64,000 nt of DNA from Amoebidium appalachense (taxonomy: Eukaryota; Protista; Ichthyosporea), in the NCBI GenBank assembly GCA_963693365.1, contig CAVNZM010000004.1, positions 7,787,093-7,851,092 on the forward strand. The letters run 5' to 3'. Within the stretch, counting starts at the first letter, position 1; each line of letters starts with the position of its first letter. Under the pieces are notes generated by a model. The model was not told the origin of the DNA and did not search any database. It worked only from the letters and a program-made list of their open reading frames with translations. The translations under genes and the position numbers were made by a program. This document shows positions 1 through 34,398 of the stretch, in pieces.

Positions 1-81
1 ATTTGGTAACCACCCACTCATGGTGACAACTCCTTCTCCCCCCCTCCCCCCCCCTTCTCCCCCCCACTCACACACACACAG

Positions 82-5024
<4,943 letters not shown>

Positions 5025-5409
5025 GCACCAATGGGTGAACCTGTCTCCATGATGTCTCTCCAATCAATGATGGTTGTTAAAAAGATAATTAGCATGTTGG
5101 GATTGCCACCATGCCAAATCTAAACACTAAACTCTGGCGCACAACATGACCACATGTGATCTAACGGGAAACATTGTCTTATTTCTGACTTTTGGGACAC
5201 GCCAATTCACTGTACTAGTGATGTGATAGTGGGACTAGAAGCAATATTCGAGATGCTTATAATCGTATTAGGAATTGTGACAAAGGTACTGTGTGCATAT
5301 CATTAAGCTGTCGTATGTGTGCGTGCGGAGGCAGAGCATCAACGTGCATGCACACGTGTACAAGCTCCCCGCTGGTTGGGGTAATCGTGGTTAGTTTTTT
5401 GTTTTTTTT

Positions 5410-5443
<34 letters not shown>

Positions 5444-6833
5444 GGTTGTCTTTTTAAGGCAGTTTGTTCTCCCTCCCTGGACGGTGGGAAGGTTAACGCA
5501 GCCCTACACCAACCGCTTGGCCGGAATGAGGTGGAAAGGTGGAGAAAAGTTAAAACGGAAGTATCAATAAATCCCAATTATTGGAACACGTGACCCGTGT
5601 GTCAATTTGGTGTCTGGTGTGCAGGTCTGCCAGGGCTGCAGAAGTTGCACATATGTGATGCATATCCATGGGACTTGGTCGTGCTATGGTGCAGCCTCGT
5701 ACGTTGCTTTTTTTTGCTTTTCTTTTTTTTTCTCTTTTTTTTTGCCCCCTGTTGTCGCACACATGCAAGTGCAAGCACACACTGCTTGCCACGCCCACAT
5801 ACACCCCCGCCCCCCCCCAAAAAAACCCACCCGCCCAAATCTGTGTGTATGCCTTCCCCTACCCCTTAATGCCACATGCATATGTGGCACTTCTAATGAG
5901 TACGCTCATGTCTTGAAAGCAGCCCCCCCCCCCCCCCCCCCAACACACACACACACACACACACATCCCAAACACACACATGCACACACATACCCAACCC
6001 GTGGTACCTGTGTCACTCTCTGTTTCGCTTTTCATGCAGCAAGCATAACAGTCAGCCCCGCTAAATATGTACACACGCACGTAACACGCACGTACACACA
6101 CGAACATCTACAAGCATGAGCTTGCCATTCACTTGTTATAGATTATTGGCCGTTTATTGTCAGTGCTTTGCTGCGCCGACCGAAATACTTGATCCCCCCC
6201 CCCCCCCCCCCCCCCCCCCCCGTTTTTCAGCACTTCCACGAGACTCACTTTCAATCCGGATCTCCGTCGACTGTCCATTTCGAAAATTAAAAAATGCAGC
6301 TAATTGTTAGACCTTTCGTGCACACATTCGGCGCCATTTACAGCCAGACTGGTGCCATTTTATTGTGTACACACCATGACCGCCATGTTATACAGAAAAA
6401 GCATCTGTGGAACGTATGTACATGTACCTCCCTCCTTCGAGTTCCCTGATTAAGTCAGAAGGTTTATTAAACTTACCACATGTCTTCTGCTGCATGGAGG
6501 GGGAAGGGGGGGGGGAAGGGGGGAGGGGAGGGGGGGGGGGGGGGGGGGGGGGGGATATACTGTGGCTCAAAGCCACACTTAAGAATTTTAAAGGTCTTGC
6601 TTAAGCGATGCCCCACCTCTCTAAAGAGGGACACTGCCATGTATCATGGGCAAAACTATTTACTGCGTTCTGGGGACCGGACACGTCAATGTACCAACCG
6701 TTCGTATGCCTTCAGGCCCTTGCCTATATATCTACGCTACGTGGACTGCTCTGTTCAAAGCTACGGTGCATCTTTTGTGCTAAAGCTTCGCCTTAATCGA
6801 AAGCATGTATGTTGATAGATGTGAGTTTTTACG

Positions 6834-7085
6834 TCGAGTTTTGCTCCTCTCCCTACGAACGTCTGCGCGCTACGTTGGCAGGAAATGTGAATTGTTGACA
6901 TCTGTTGGTCGTCACGTTGAATATTTATATCTCGAAAATTGAAAAAAAAACCGAAATATCTATACGATTTTCACACAGTGTTCAGGTATCTAGATCTTCG
7001 TGTGCAATTGCTATTGGTCCTGAATAACTCGTGTGTTTTTTTTTCTTCCTTGCCTCCCAAGTATGCCGTACGCGTGCATCCCTCT
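6834..7085 (-). mobile_element. Diverged copy of the MITE-like family at 30.2-31.0 kb and 63.4-63.8 kb
   Basis: Shares tctgttggtcgtcac.ttga.tatttatat, gattttcacacagtgttcaggtatct and agtatgccgt, in order, with the reverse complement of 63620-63825. Confidence 0.7.
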
Positions 7086-7800
7086 CGGCTGTATTAACGC
7101 TGGAAACCCTCCACAGGACATTTATTTATTTCTTATTTATTAATATGATTGTCCTGTAACGTGTTACGTTACGTAATGTCGGCCAACCCAATATCCCCCT
7201 AGTGTGAGTTGTCATTACACCACATCAATAGTAACTTAGCCCATATTAATATTACAGCAAATATAATGCACCCATAGAAAGTACATAAGGGACGCCACTA
7301 CATAATAAGTTAATCATTATCAATTTATTGATTCAGACTGAGTGAGCTCGCTTCACAACGAGAACTAGACTACATACATGACTTGAAATTAGGGTGTTCT
7401 TTCTTCTAGAAGATCTTATCTATTTGAACTCGTGCTTTCTTCCTAGAATAAAATTTGACAATCTTATGCACTTTGGTTGAAAACTCATGGTGCGGTACAC
7501 CACCAGCATGTCAATGCGTGCAGATTTCTCGTTTTTGGTATATCTCGTTGGATATCCGGTGAAGCTATCTCAGCGACTATCTCGTTGTGTCTATGGCAAC
7601 TGTACTATATATCCATTCTTAGCCCTGTCTGATGCCCCGATCGAAATAAAATCCATTATATACAAAAAATTTTTTCGTCGAATATCACGTTGGGTTATGA
7701 TTGCATCATTGCAATTCAAGCGCATATCCAAAGTTTCGACGGGTAAGGGAAGCCGGGGAGGTGGGGGGCTATTGGGGGGGGGAGGGGGGGGGGGGGAGGG

Positions 7801-7920
7801 TTGAATGCGGAACACGGTACGAAGTACATATACACGATGAGAAGCATGGTGCAGGACACATGCAAAGGCAAATATTCAAGTATGCAACATAAGCAATGCG
7901 CACAGCGTGCGTCATAGGGC
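7801..7920 (-). mobile_element. 5'-truncated copy of the C-tract-associated SINE/LINE-tail repeat
   Basis: Reverse complement closely matches 41960-42078 and 35110-35229. Ends in gttccgcattcaa followed by a C tract. Confidence 0.75.
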
Positions 7921-7937
7921 GGGGGAGGGGGTGGGGT

Positions 7938-7980
<43 letters not shown>

Positions 7981-8869
7981 CATGTTAAAACGTTGGTGCT
8001 CGGAGAACATCTTATCTGTTTAAGCTGTGAAAAATCTCTCTGTGTGTGGGGCGTGTGTGTGAGTGTTGTGTGTTTGCAATGTGTGCGCGTGTGTGAAGTG
8101 TGTGTGTGCGTGAGTGTGTTTGTGTGTGTGTGTGTGGTGTGCGCACTCGCCTTTGCGGGTGTGTGTTAGAAGGGATCCGGAGGGAGAACTGGGGGAGGGA
8201 GGGAGGGAGGGAGGGAGGGAGGGAGGGGGGCGGGGGGGGGAGGTTTTGAAAATGAGGTATCGAGACGGTGTTCAATGCTATGTCTTGCACACATGTGAAA
8301 ATGTGTGGGAAGGCGCTGTTATCTGTATTACCGCAACCTACCATATCACATATAACGGATGAACAAACGCAGCATGTTTTTCATACCTTTCTTACATACA
8401 CATTATAACATACATCACTTTAAACATAGTCTGTCTAATTCAACTTCACTATACCATTGCTTTGTTTCCTGCCTTGATTACTACATCACATCTCACTTCT
8501 GTACACACCATCCTAAGCTAGCTAACCACAGGTTGATTACACCCATCCCCCCCCCCCCCCCCTTGGCGCCCCTTTTTACATTTTTCGCAACTAAGTTACC
8601 GCGCATAAAATTACAGCGACGTCTTGTCTATTCGTTTCCATTTCTGGGCAACAGCACAGGAAAACATGATATTTCCAAACAGAAATACTAAAAATATCGG
8701 GAGCAAAAAAACAAAACAAAAACAAAACAAAACAAAAAACTGAATATCGCAGCGCCTATGGCTTCTACGTCTATCCACTACATCTCATCCTCACTCCGTC
8801 TCCATCTCTCCATCTCAGTTTCAAACACTAAAACTAAAAAACTATAAACTAGGCGCTTTAAAATCACGC

Positions 8870-26073
<17,204 letters not shown>

Positions 26074-29000
26074 TGTCGGGTTTTACGTCCGCCGGACACA
26101 CATGGCTGAAAAATGGGGGGGCTCAATGCGCATTTCTGTACAATAAAATGTATGTGTGTGCGTGTGTGATTGGAGATGGGGGGGAGGGAAGGGGAGGAAG
26201 AGGGGAGGGAATGGGGAATGGGGGGAGTTCAGTGTGTGTTCCTGGAGAGGGGGGATGTGTCTGTGTGCGTTTGTGGGGTTGAAAGAACGGGAGGGGGGCG
26301 GGGGGGAGGGGAGGGAGGGGGAGAGGGAGGTGTAAGCTGGGAGATAGGGGTGGTGAGAAAGGGGAGGAATGGGAGGGCCGGGGGCAGCTGAGAGGGAGGG
26401 ATGGAGGAGGATTGGGGGAGCTTTTGGTTAGTAAAAGACTCAGCAGGCATGATTGAAGCAGGGGTGACTAATCATGTGCTTCACCGTTTGCCTCGAAGCT
26501 TCAGGAGGAGACAAATCAGAACACACACACGCGCGGGCGCGCGCGCACACATACACACGTGTACACACAGAAAAAGAAAAAGAAGGGGAAAGAGGTCCCA
26601 TGGAACTCCAAAAACACCTCTAAATGCCATCCCCCGAACCGAGTGTTGTATTTCACTGCTCAGGTTAAGTCGATAAAACCATAAAGCGGCTGCATGATTT
26701 GATAAAACCCATCACCGCATACTAACACTGACAGACATTGCAATAGTGAAAATCCGGAAGAAATGAACCAGTTTCACCACGCACACCAATGACTAGAGCA
26801 CTAAGCCTTCGCGTCACTCACATTTAATGTACCTGCCCCCGGCCATTCTCCGAGTGGCACCCGTTTGTTACCGACCCAAACACATACTATAACCCACGTC
26901 CGACCTATATGTACCCACCCACCGTCCACATACACGACATACACCATGGCACATGCTACACCCAACTGTCAGGCGCGCGCACACACACAAGCTAACACAC
27001 ACACACACACTGGCACACATACACACACACACACACACACTGTGACAAGGTACACGTTAACCCACACACGACCCATAATCGCCCGCCTGCCTGCCGCACA
27101 GTGACCCATGCACGGTGCCACGTACAAACACACACATCAGGCATAATATTCCCGCCATACACTGCCACTCTCTTTCACTTGCCTAATGTTCGCAATCTAC
27201 AGTCCCAAGATCTTAACAGGAAATACAACTTTGTCAGCCAGCCAGCGAAAGGAAGAAAACAAGAGGAACTTCTTGAAAAACGTACACACACAGAAGGAAA
27301 CTTTGAAGCCTACCCAACTTTCAAGCAAAGCCCCGGAAGTGGGAGTACTACACATGATAACTTCATATGTCGTCCTCATGCGAGTGGTGGGAAATGAGCG
27401 TACGATCTCTTTTCTTTTCTTTCACCGTGATCTCCTTAATGTATCTTATTTCGAGACTGTGTCAATAATTTAAAAACGTAAAAACTTTTAACATAGAGTG
27501 GTGTTCTAGCTCAATGACGTACATCGCAAGCAAAAAAAGCATGAGGCACTGAAAGCAGCAAGGGCAGCAAGTGCACATCCATCCACGTGAGGCATACTGC
27601 TGCAGACCTTTACTAACACATAAAGCTAATCTTTTGAAAAAAATATTTTTCAGTTTTTGCGGCACGCACAGCCCAAGCACAGTTCACGTATGATATCGGT
27701 AAGAGGCAACATGGCACGCCATCATAGTTGTCAAATGCAGCGTGTGCTACAACGCCGCTGAACCCAAGGACAAATCTCTAGAAGCAAGGACATAGGTAGA
27801 GGACATTGCCCAGAGAGTGTAAGATATGGTAAAAGTTCGCCAATATTGCGGCTAATTTATCACAACCCCTCGAAACAGATCCAATCGTTACGAGCAACGT
27901 TGACGGCGTTGCAAACAACAGACCTAGAAAACAGCACTGATGACAGCATCCGGCGGGAACAGGATACCGCTCAGTGAGCTGCCTCTCACACACAGCCATA
28001 TCACACCCCAACACGAACAAAAAGTGGCACTTTCCCTAAAAAGACATCTGTGATGATCTACCAAGTTAAAACATCCAAAACCGGCACGCCAGAACCTCCT
28101 CTCAGCAGCGCAACCATAGTCAAACACAGGTCACGGTAAAACATTGCTTCACTTGCTTCCCACACCGAAGTTAACCACGGTTCGACCAAGCCCTAATCGT
28201 GAATGCTAAAGACGTCCTCACAGTGTTCCCAGTTTAAAAAAAAAAAAAACATACACAGTGGTTTGCCACGAAAACAAGAAAGAAAGTGAGGTTATCGAAG
28301 TTCATCACCTCCTACCACTTATGTTGCTCTTGCAGTCCGTTGAGACTTTGGTCCAGGAGCAGACGAATGGCTTAAGCTCGGATTCAACAGTGCTGCTGGG
28401 GCGAGGCGAATATGTCAGTTGTGCAACATCTAAAAGCCAAAACACCAATAAACCACCTTCAAGAGTAAGACAACGCAGGTCCCCCTATAGTTTGCAAGCA
28501 AGATGTAAAAAGAAGCGCGGGCGAACAGCTAAGGGCAAAGCCTTAGCTATTGCTGTTTTAAACCACAGAATCACAGTACGACAGATGAATAAACACAAAA
28601 GTGGAAACCCAGCGTGAAACTTCAGTCTATGCCTGCGGACAGACGTAATACTATCACAAAACCCAAAAACGTAGGCTAACTAGACAAGAAATAGGCCCAA
28701 ACAACTTAGAAACAGGTGCGATCTCGGGGCGTTGAAAGAACCATGTCGGAGCTGAAAGTTTACGTCGTGTATAATATCATGTAGCAGCTACTACATTGCC
28801 AACAGCAGACAGTGTGTTCTTGTGTACAGACCAAGCACTAGCCCAGCAAACAACTATTGTAACGACAATAATAACCAAGACGAACATGGCCTAGACAACA
28901 CTATTATCCCCCTCGTATTTGCTCGCGTTATTGTAGAAGTATAGTCACCCGACACGGAGACATCCCGTAGGCAGCCTTAAAAAAAAACTAGGATCGCATT

Positions 29001-30174
29001 TGAATTCTAAACCAAGTCTTGCAATTTTTGTGCGGACTCAGTAGCAGCACAGGCTAAAATATACCTTTTATGAAAAATAAAAAGGTAAAAGAACAAACAC
29101 ACAAATTATGGGAGGGGAACATACTAACCTCTTTTGTAGATGAAAGACTAACGTTAACGGCAGTTTCCCGAACCGTCCCACGACTGGCGGTAACCTTTTT
29201 TGGTTCGAAAAAAAAGGAAAGAAAAAGAAACTGTACAAACTCGTTCCTACCTAAACACACCACTTCAAACTCTATACCGTGACTTTGCCCTTCATACCCA
29301 CCAAAACTTTACATATATAAAACGTTATTTTTTTTAGTGACAAGAGTCGTTTTAAGCTGGTGACTTCAGGCCGTTTTTTTGAGCATGCGCCGGCAACGCC
29401 ATGAAAAAAAATGAAGGTGCATGCGCGAGGCTCCGTTGGCGGCCGGCGACCGCAAACGACGAATCGGCGGCATGATTTGTTATATCGATTCGGCAGTTTC
29501 AGTATCTTCGCCTGACCGCTTATCAGTATCCCGGGCTCGTCATTGAAAAAAAATTGTATTATTTTATTATTGATTTTTTCCCTAAGAAATCGCCTTGAAA
29601 ATCTATTCCTCGTGTTTTGTGCAGTCATGTGTGCTAAAAAAAGACACGTTTTTTTGGCCCACTGTGGGTTCCGAACTTCCCACAGCTAGCCAGTGTCCAC
29701 TCCCGAAGTGAATGCCATGTGTCTCCCCAGACCACGCCTTTCACATGCATGACTCACAGGCGCAAGTTAGTCCGGCCATATTGGTATAGCTGGTGATAGA
29801 GGGAAGTAAAATCCGATATGGCATAGATTTTATTTCATATATGCTATAGATCTAGAAAGCACTTCTGCATTTAACTATGTTATAATTTATGCTAGTTTTT
29901 ACTAACACAGCAGCTACCTGACCAATCTACTTGGTCAAAGATCCCAAAGCATGTTTTTTAGTGGGAAAATTTTTCGAAAAAATTCTTTTTTAATAATGAC
30001 TTTATTGAGAAGCTCATCAAACTGAGAGAAGTATTCGAGATATCATGGATATCTCAGGAGAAGAAAAGACAAAAAAACCTTACTCTCGGATACGGAGGAG
30101 ATAACGACTAAGATTATCAAACTCATTAAACATACGGTGATTTGACAATTGACAATCAATAGAAGTAATATATA

Positions 30175-30621
30175 TTTTTTTTTCTTTTGGCTGGATTTAT
30201 TCGACGGAAAGATATGCAAGTATGGGGTTTACGCTGTTTACTCGAGGCAAAGAGAGACCAGTATTTGCAAGTATGCATGGCATACTGAGAAGACAATAAA
30301 AACTTCACGAGTAATCCAGTAACAAGTGCATACTGAGATACCTGAACACTGTGTGAAAATCATATAAATACTCATATGATTTTCACACAGTGTTCAGGTA
30401 TCTCAGTATGCACTTGTTACTGGATTACTCGTGAAGTTTTTATTGTCTTCTCAGTATGCCGTGCATACTTGCAAATACTGGTCTCTCTTTGCCTCGAGTA
30501 AACAGCGTAAACCCCATACTATATATGTGACGACCAACAGAATTCAACAAAAAGTCTAAAGTGGTCATGTACATTGCCAGCCAGTGTAGCAGACACCCGT
30601 AGGGAAAGAGGTAAAACGCGA
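30175..30621 (+). mobile_element. Rearranged copy of the MITE-like family that hosts the palindrome
   Basis: Flanks of the palindrome match about 63602-63650 (left) and 63750-63825 (right). Confidence 0.7.
30219..30520. repeat. Near-perfect 302-bp palindrome (147-bp arms, 8-nt loop)
   Basis: 30219-30365 is the reverse complement of 30374-30520 with one mismatch seen. Loop is aaatactc. Confidence 0.95.
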
Positions 30622-30883
30622 CATAACAGCAACTTGATGATCTCGTTGATTGTTATAAGCGTACTATCTAGCTTTAAAAAAAAAAAAACAAAAAAAAAAA
30701 CACACACAATTAATTATTGGGACAGAAAAATCAATATGCCCAATGTCTTGTCAAGTGGAAATTCTCGAAAGTTTGAACTCGAGGACCTCTGGGCTCATTT
30801 TCCACAACTAATTTGATTGATAGTGTAATGGAACCCCATGGTCTACGGCTCGGGCCGGGGCAAATCGGCACGTGATATATATA

Positions 30884-31048
30884 TGGGGTTTACGCTGTTT
30901 ACTCGAGGCAAAGAGAACCAGTCTCAGGTATGGGGGGGGGGTTTTGCTCGGAATATCCCCTCAGCGGTATATCATGATCACGTACATAGATGTCGGGTGG
31001 TGACTATATATCAGGGTTTACTTTCTCTACGAGACACCATAAAGACTA
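30884..31048 (+). mobile_element. Left part of the same MITE-like family
   Basis: Near-identical to 63430-63591 (ggggtttacgctgtttactcgaggcaaagaga...gacaccataaagacta). Confidence 0.8.
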
Positions 31049-31078
31049 CAAGGAGAAATCAATTAGTTGGGGTTCCCC

Positions 31079-31079
<1 letters not shown>

Positions 31080-31117
<38 letters not shown>

Positions 31118-31150
31118 GGGCTCCCCCTCGGGACACTCGGTATCAGCTGG

Positions 31151-31211
<61 letters not shown>

Positions 31212-32420
31212 TGTGTGTGTGCGCGCGTGCGCTATAATTTTGTAGTGATGTGTTTCTCAAGCCAATCAATACATCTAATAAACAGGTCGTAGTTACGCGT
31301 GTTTAGTATAAAATCAAGGATGTTGTAATTTACAGGTAGGCTATCTTTCTGGGTGTCTGTTGTGAATGTGACGTGTGTGTGTTGCGGTATTATGTGGTCT
31401 ATCAAACTACATTTGGCGATACATGACCGGTTAAACTGGTGTGTGTGTGTGTTGTTTGGGCATGCAAATGATGCCACCTTATACTCATTAGATCTCCACT
31501 GTATAGCACGTGTACAGTAAAAGCGTGGTAATTGATCAATAATACCATCAGCTAGAGAAAGACCAGTTCTACAGGAAGGTAATATGTATTTAGGTGTTAT
31601 ACACTTGCGAGTGCCATATTTGGCAATATGGTTGAGGCGGTCAGTATATATAAAACGAGACATAAGGCTTAGTTTTTCAAGGTGTATGCTTTCATCGGGT
31701 CTAGTGTCGTGTGGTATCTTTTTCCATTTGTTATATTGCGTGATTATCTTGTGATTGTGTACATGTTTAACAAGTAAGTGGCAGTCCAAAGTCACACACA
31801 CACTATTGCGGGGTTTATTTGTATTTGTGCCCAGGGGAGAAGGGGAGAGAGAGGGGAGGAAAGAGGGGAGAGGTGAGGAGGGGACAGGTCGGATAGAGAA
31901 GAGAGGGTGGGAGGGCAAATACTTCTTTAAGCGGCTTATGTGCTTATTGAATTTCAGCGCGAGATAGGATACTCTAGCAGCTATTGGGACCAGACCATAT
32001 ATCGAGAGCGTTACAGGCCCAGGTTTACAACAGTTGTTAGATAGAAAGGAGGCAACTTCTGCTTCAAGGAAATTTGCCAGGGGTTTAAGCGCTCTAGTTC
32101 TCTCTTTCTTGATCCAAGCGGCGAGAAGGGGTAAACCATATTCACATGCCGGGAAGACAAAAGTGCGAATAAATGTAAGTCTAATAGAAGGATGGAGGGG
32201 TGTGTCTTTAAAAATATTAGCCGAGAAGAAAGCTAACCGCTTACGAGCCAACTCTACCCTCTTTTCGACCATATGGGGAAACATAACACCAACAGAATCA
32301 ACCGGAACACCAAGATATTTGTATTCTGGAACTATAGGTACAGGTTTAGATGATAATGTAAATGTGTGTAAATTGTTAGCTATATCAGGTACAATATGTG
32401 CCCCGAGGTGGTGCACTACG
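31080..32420 (-). mobile_element. 5'-truncated non-LTR retrotransposon (LINE): RT thumb and C-terminal region with poly(A) tail
   Basis: Uninterrupted ORF 32506-31232 with PIVPEYKYLG, IRTFVFPACEYGL and a C-terminal C..(H)..FNR..C..C..ILDFILN. The RT catalytic palm is absent. The stop is followed by (CA)n, about 40 nt, then about 34 A (T run 31080-31113 on +). No TSD identified. Confidence 0.85.
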
Positions 32421-33479
32421 GACGATTCCGCAAGGTACATTTTGCACATCAGCATTGTGTAATATGAAGTCTGGAAGCATAAATGAAAGGGAAAAATATT
32501 CACCAAAATTTTTTTGATTAGAAATTTTCATGTTTTCGTTAACGGAATCGTGAGTAACGATTTGGCTCGAGTCATCCAAGGACCTTAAGCCTTGTGCGAA
32601 ACTCGGGTTGTGAGAAGGCTGTGCGTGAGACGTGCCAGCCTGGCAGAATCTACTTTTGCCACCAGGAACGATGACTCATAGACTATGTCTTGTTAGTAAT
32701 GAAATTTAGGTTGAAAAATGATATTTTAAAAACTTATAAAAATATTTTCTTGTGTCTCAGACGTGAAAATAAAAACGAAGAGATGTATAGCACTGATCAG
32801 GCCGCGCGCCGGCGCCGTGCTATGCACAGATACCCCTATACCTGTTCCCAGGAACTGGTAATTTTCAATTTTTGATTTTGGACAGACGTCGACAGGGAGA
32901 TGTGGCCTCCATAAATAGTCCAGAAAGTTTATTTCTGAAGGCTTTAGTAACCCGGTTAGCTTGAATTTGTTATCCAACATGTCATGAAAATGACTAGCGA
33001 GTGTCAATACTCTTTTTTTTTCTTTTGACTCGGGTTTATTGATCCGTTCAATATTCGGGGTTTCAACAAAATTCCCCCCAAAACTTCGGGAGATTACCCA
33101 TTATGCAGTCTGAGATGAAATCTTTTTTCCGACAAGGTAACCAATATTTCCTAAGAAAACTAAAATTCACTAGCACTGATGACCTAATTCACAGTTGAGT
33201 GAACTGGCTGAAAATAATCTATTTAGAGCTATAGTACGTCTGCCACAGCTGTAGACCAACCAGCCCAAATAAAATCCATTTAGCACACGTGCCACTAATA
33301 TTGGCTTGAGGACAAGTTGAGGCGTGAAGGCGAGATATACATCGAGATAACGAAAGAACAAAAAGATTTACGTCTGGAAATAGGTCTGACACTGTGGTAA
33401 AACTATCCGCGAGTTAGTTTTGGCCGACTTGCCGACGTTGCACCAAGCCGTGGCCAAGCTTAAAGAGATGGCCACTTAA

Positions 33480-33775
33480 AGGGGGTTTCTTTTAGGCCGA
33501 TTAATAGTCCCCATTCCAGCATATTCGGGTCAAGCCAATTGCTCAGCAGATAAATCAAAATCTGGAGCTACAATCTTCTTCCTGACGCTTGATTATTAAT
33601 TTCCCCTTCTTTCCTTCTTTTTTCTCTCTTTTATTTTTTCTTTTTGTTGTACTATGGCGCATCTGCAACATGCTGCCGGCCAAACGATGGTGCGCAGCTG
33701 ATGCGCAGCACGCCAATCACATAGCTAGAAACCCCTCTGACCCGACACGACCCGGAAAGCTAAAAGAAACCCCCT
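33480..33775. mobile_element. Kolobok-like MITE (296 bp)
   Basis: Perfect 16-bp TIR AGGGGGTTTCTTTTAG. TTAA at 33476-33479 and 33776-33779. Purine-purine termini with a TTAA target fit Kolobok rather than piggyBac (CC termini). Confidence 0.85.
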
Positions 33776-34398
33776 TTAAGTAGCTCTAAGAGAGTAAGTA
33801 GCTCTGAGACTCGTTTGAGCAAATGGCACTGTGACTCTCTTGACGCCCTCAGCCTGGCGTAGTACACGCCGCGTCATGGCAGCATAGTGGAGTCCCAGCC
33901 AGGCTGCCTTCAAGTTGGTGTACTGCTTAGTGTTATGCTGTCGAGTTTCGATTTGTAGACTACTCGGACTGTTAGTCGAGGTGCGAAGAGCCTATGTAAA
34001 GATCTATGAATGGTTTTCAAGAACAGGACACGAACCAAGGAATAGTCAGCCTTAGGCTAGTGAGTCAAGATCTTCCAAGTCCTTGCTCTCCCGGACTCCG
34101 AGGTTTAGATCCTCACTGACTGGGGTTCAACTTGATGGATTAGTGCGGCAAGGGCTAGCAGTGAGTGAGATTCGACTCCTTCCTTTTTGATGAATTCAAA
34201 AGGTATTTTTCACTGTCGCACGCACACCCGGAGTCGGAAAAAGGACGACGGTGGACTCTTTGACAAGATTATTCCTCCAGAGCTGCAGTACTTGATCAAC
34301 GAATAAAGCACACACACACACACACAGACAACATGGGCTCGCCGACGGGGAATAATAACGACAAGAAGCCGGGGGTAAAATCGAGTGCTCAGGCCAAC

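Noticed and set aside
30340-30395. RSS/Transib heptamer CACAGTG facing outward in the palindrome
   Set aside because: It is internal to the repeat family (flanks are conserved in the other copies) and has no nonamer.
30219-30520. Protelomerase or hairpin-telomere junction
   Set aside because: No resolvase or viral genes nearby, and the arms are fully explained by modules of a dispersed repeat.
33171-33232. CUGAUGA...GAAA hammerhead candidate
   Set aside because: The stem II closing pair and the stem I register next to the cleavage site do not fit the core.
34105-34190. tRNA-Sec-like D-arm (gatcctca..ctggggt), a T-loop-like hairpin and a T run
   Set aside because: No acceptor stem or proper anticodon arm could be built.
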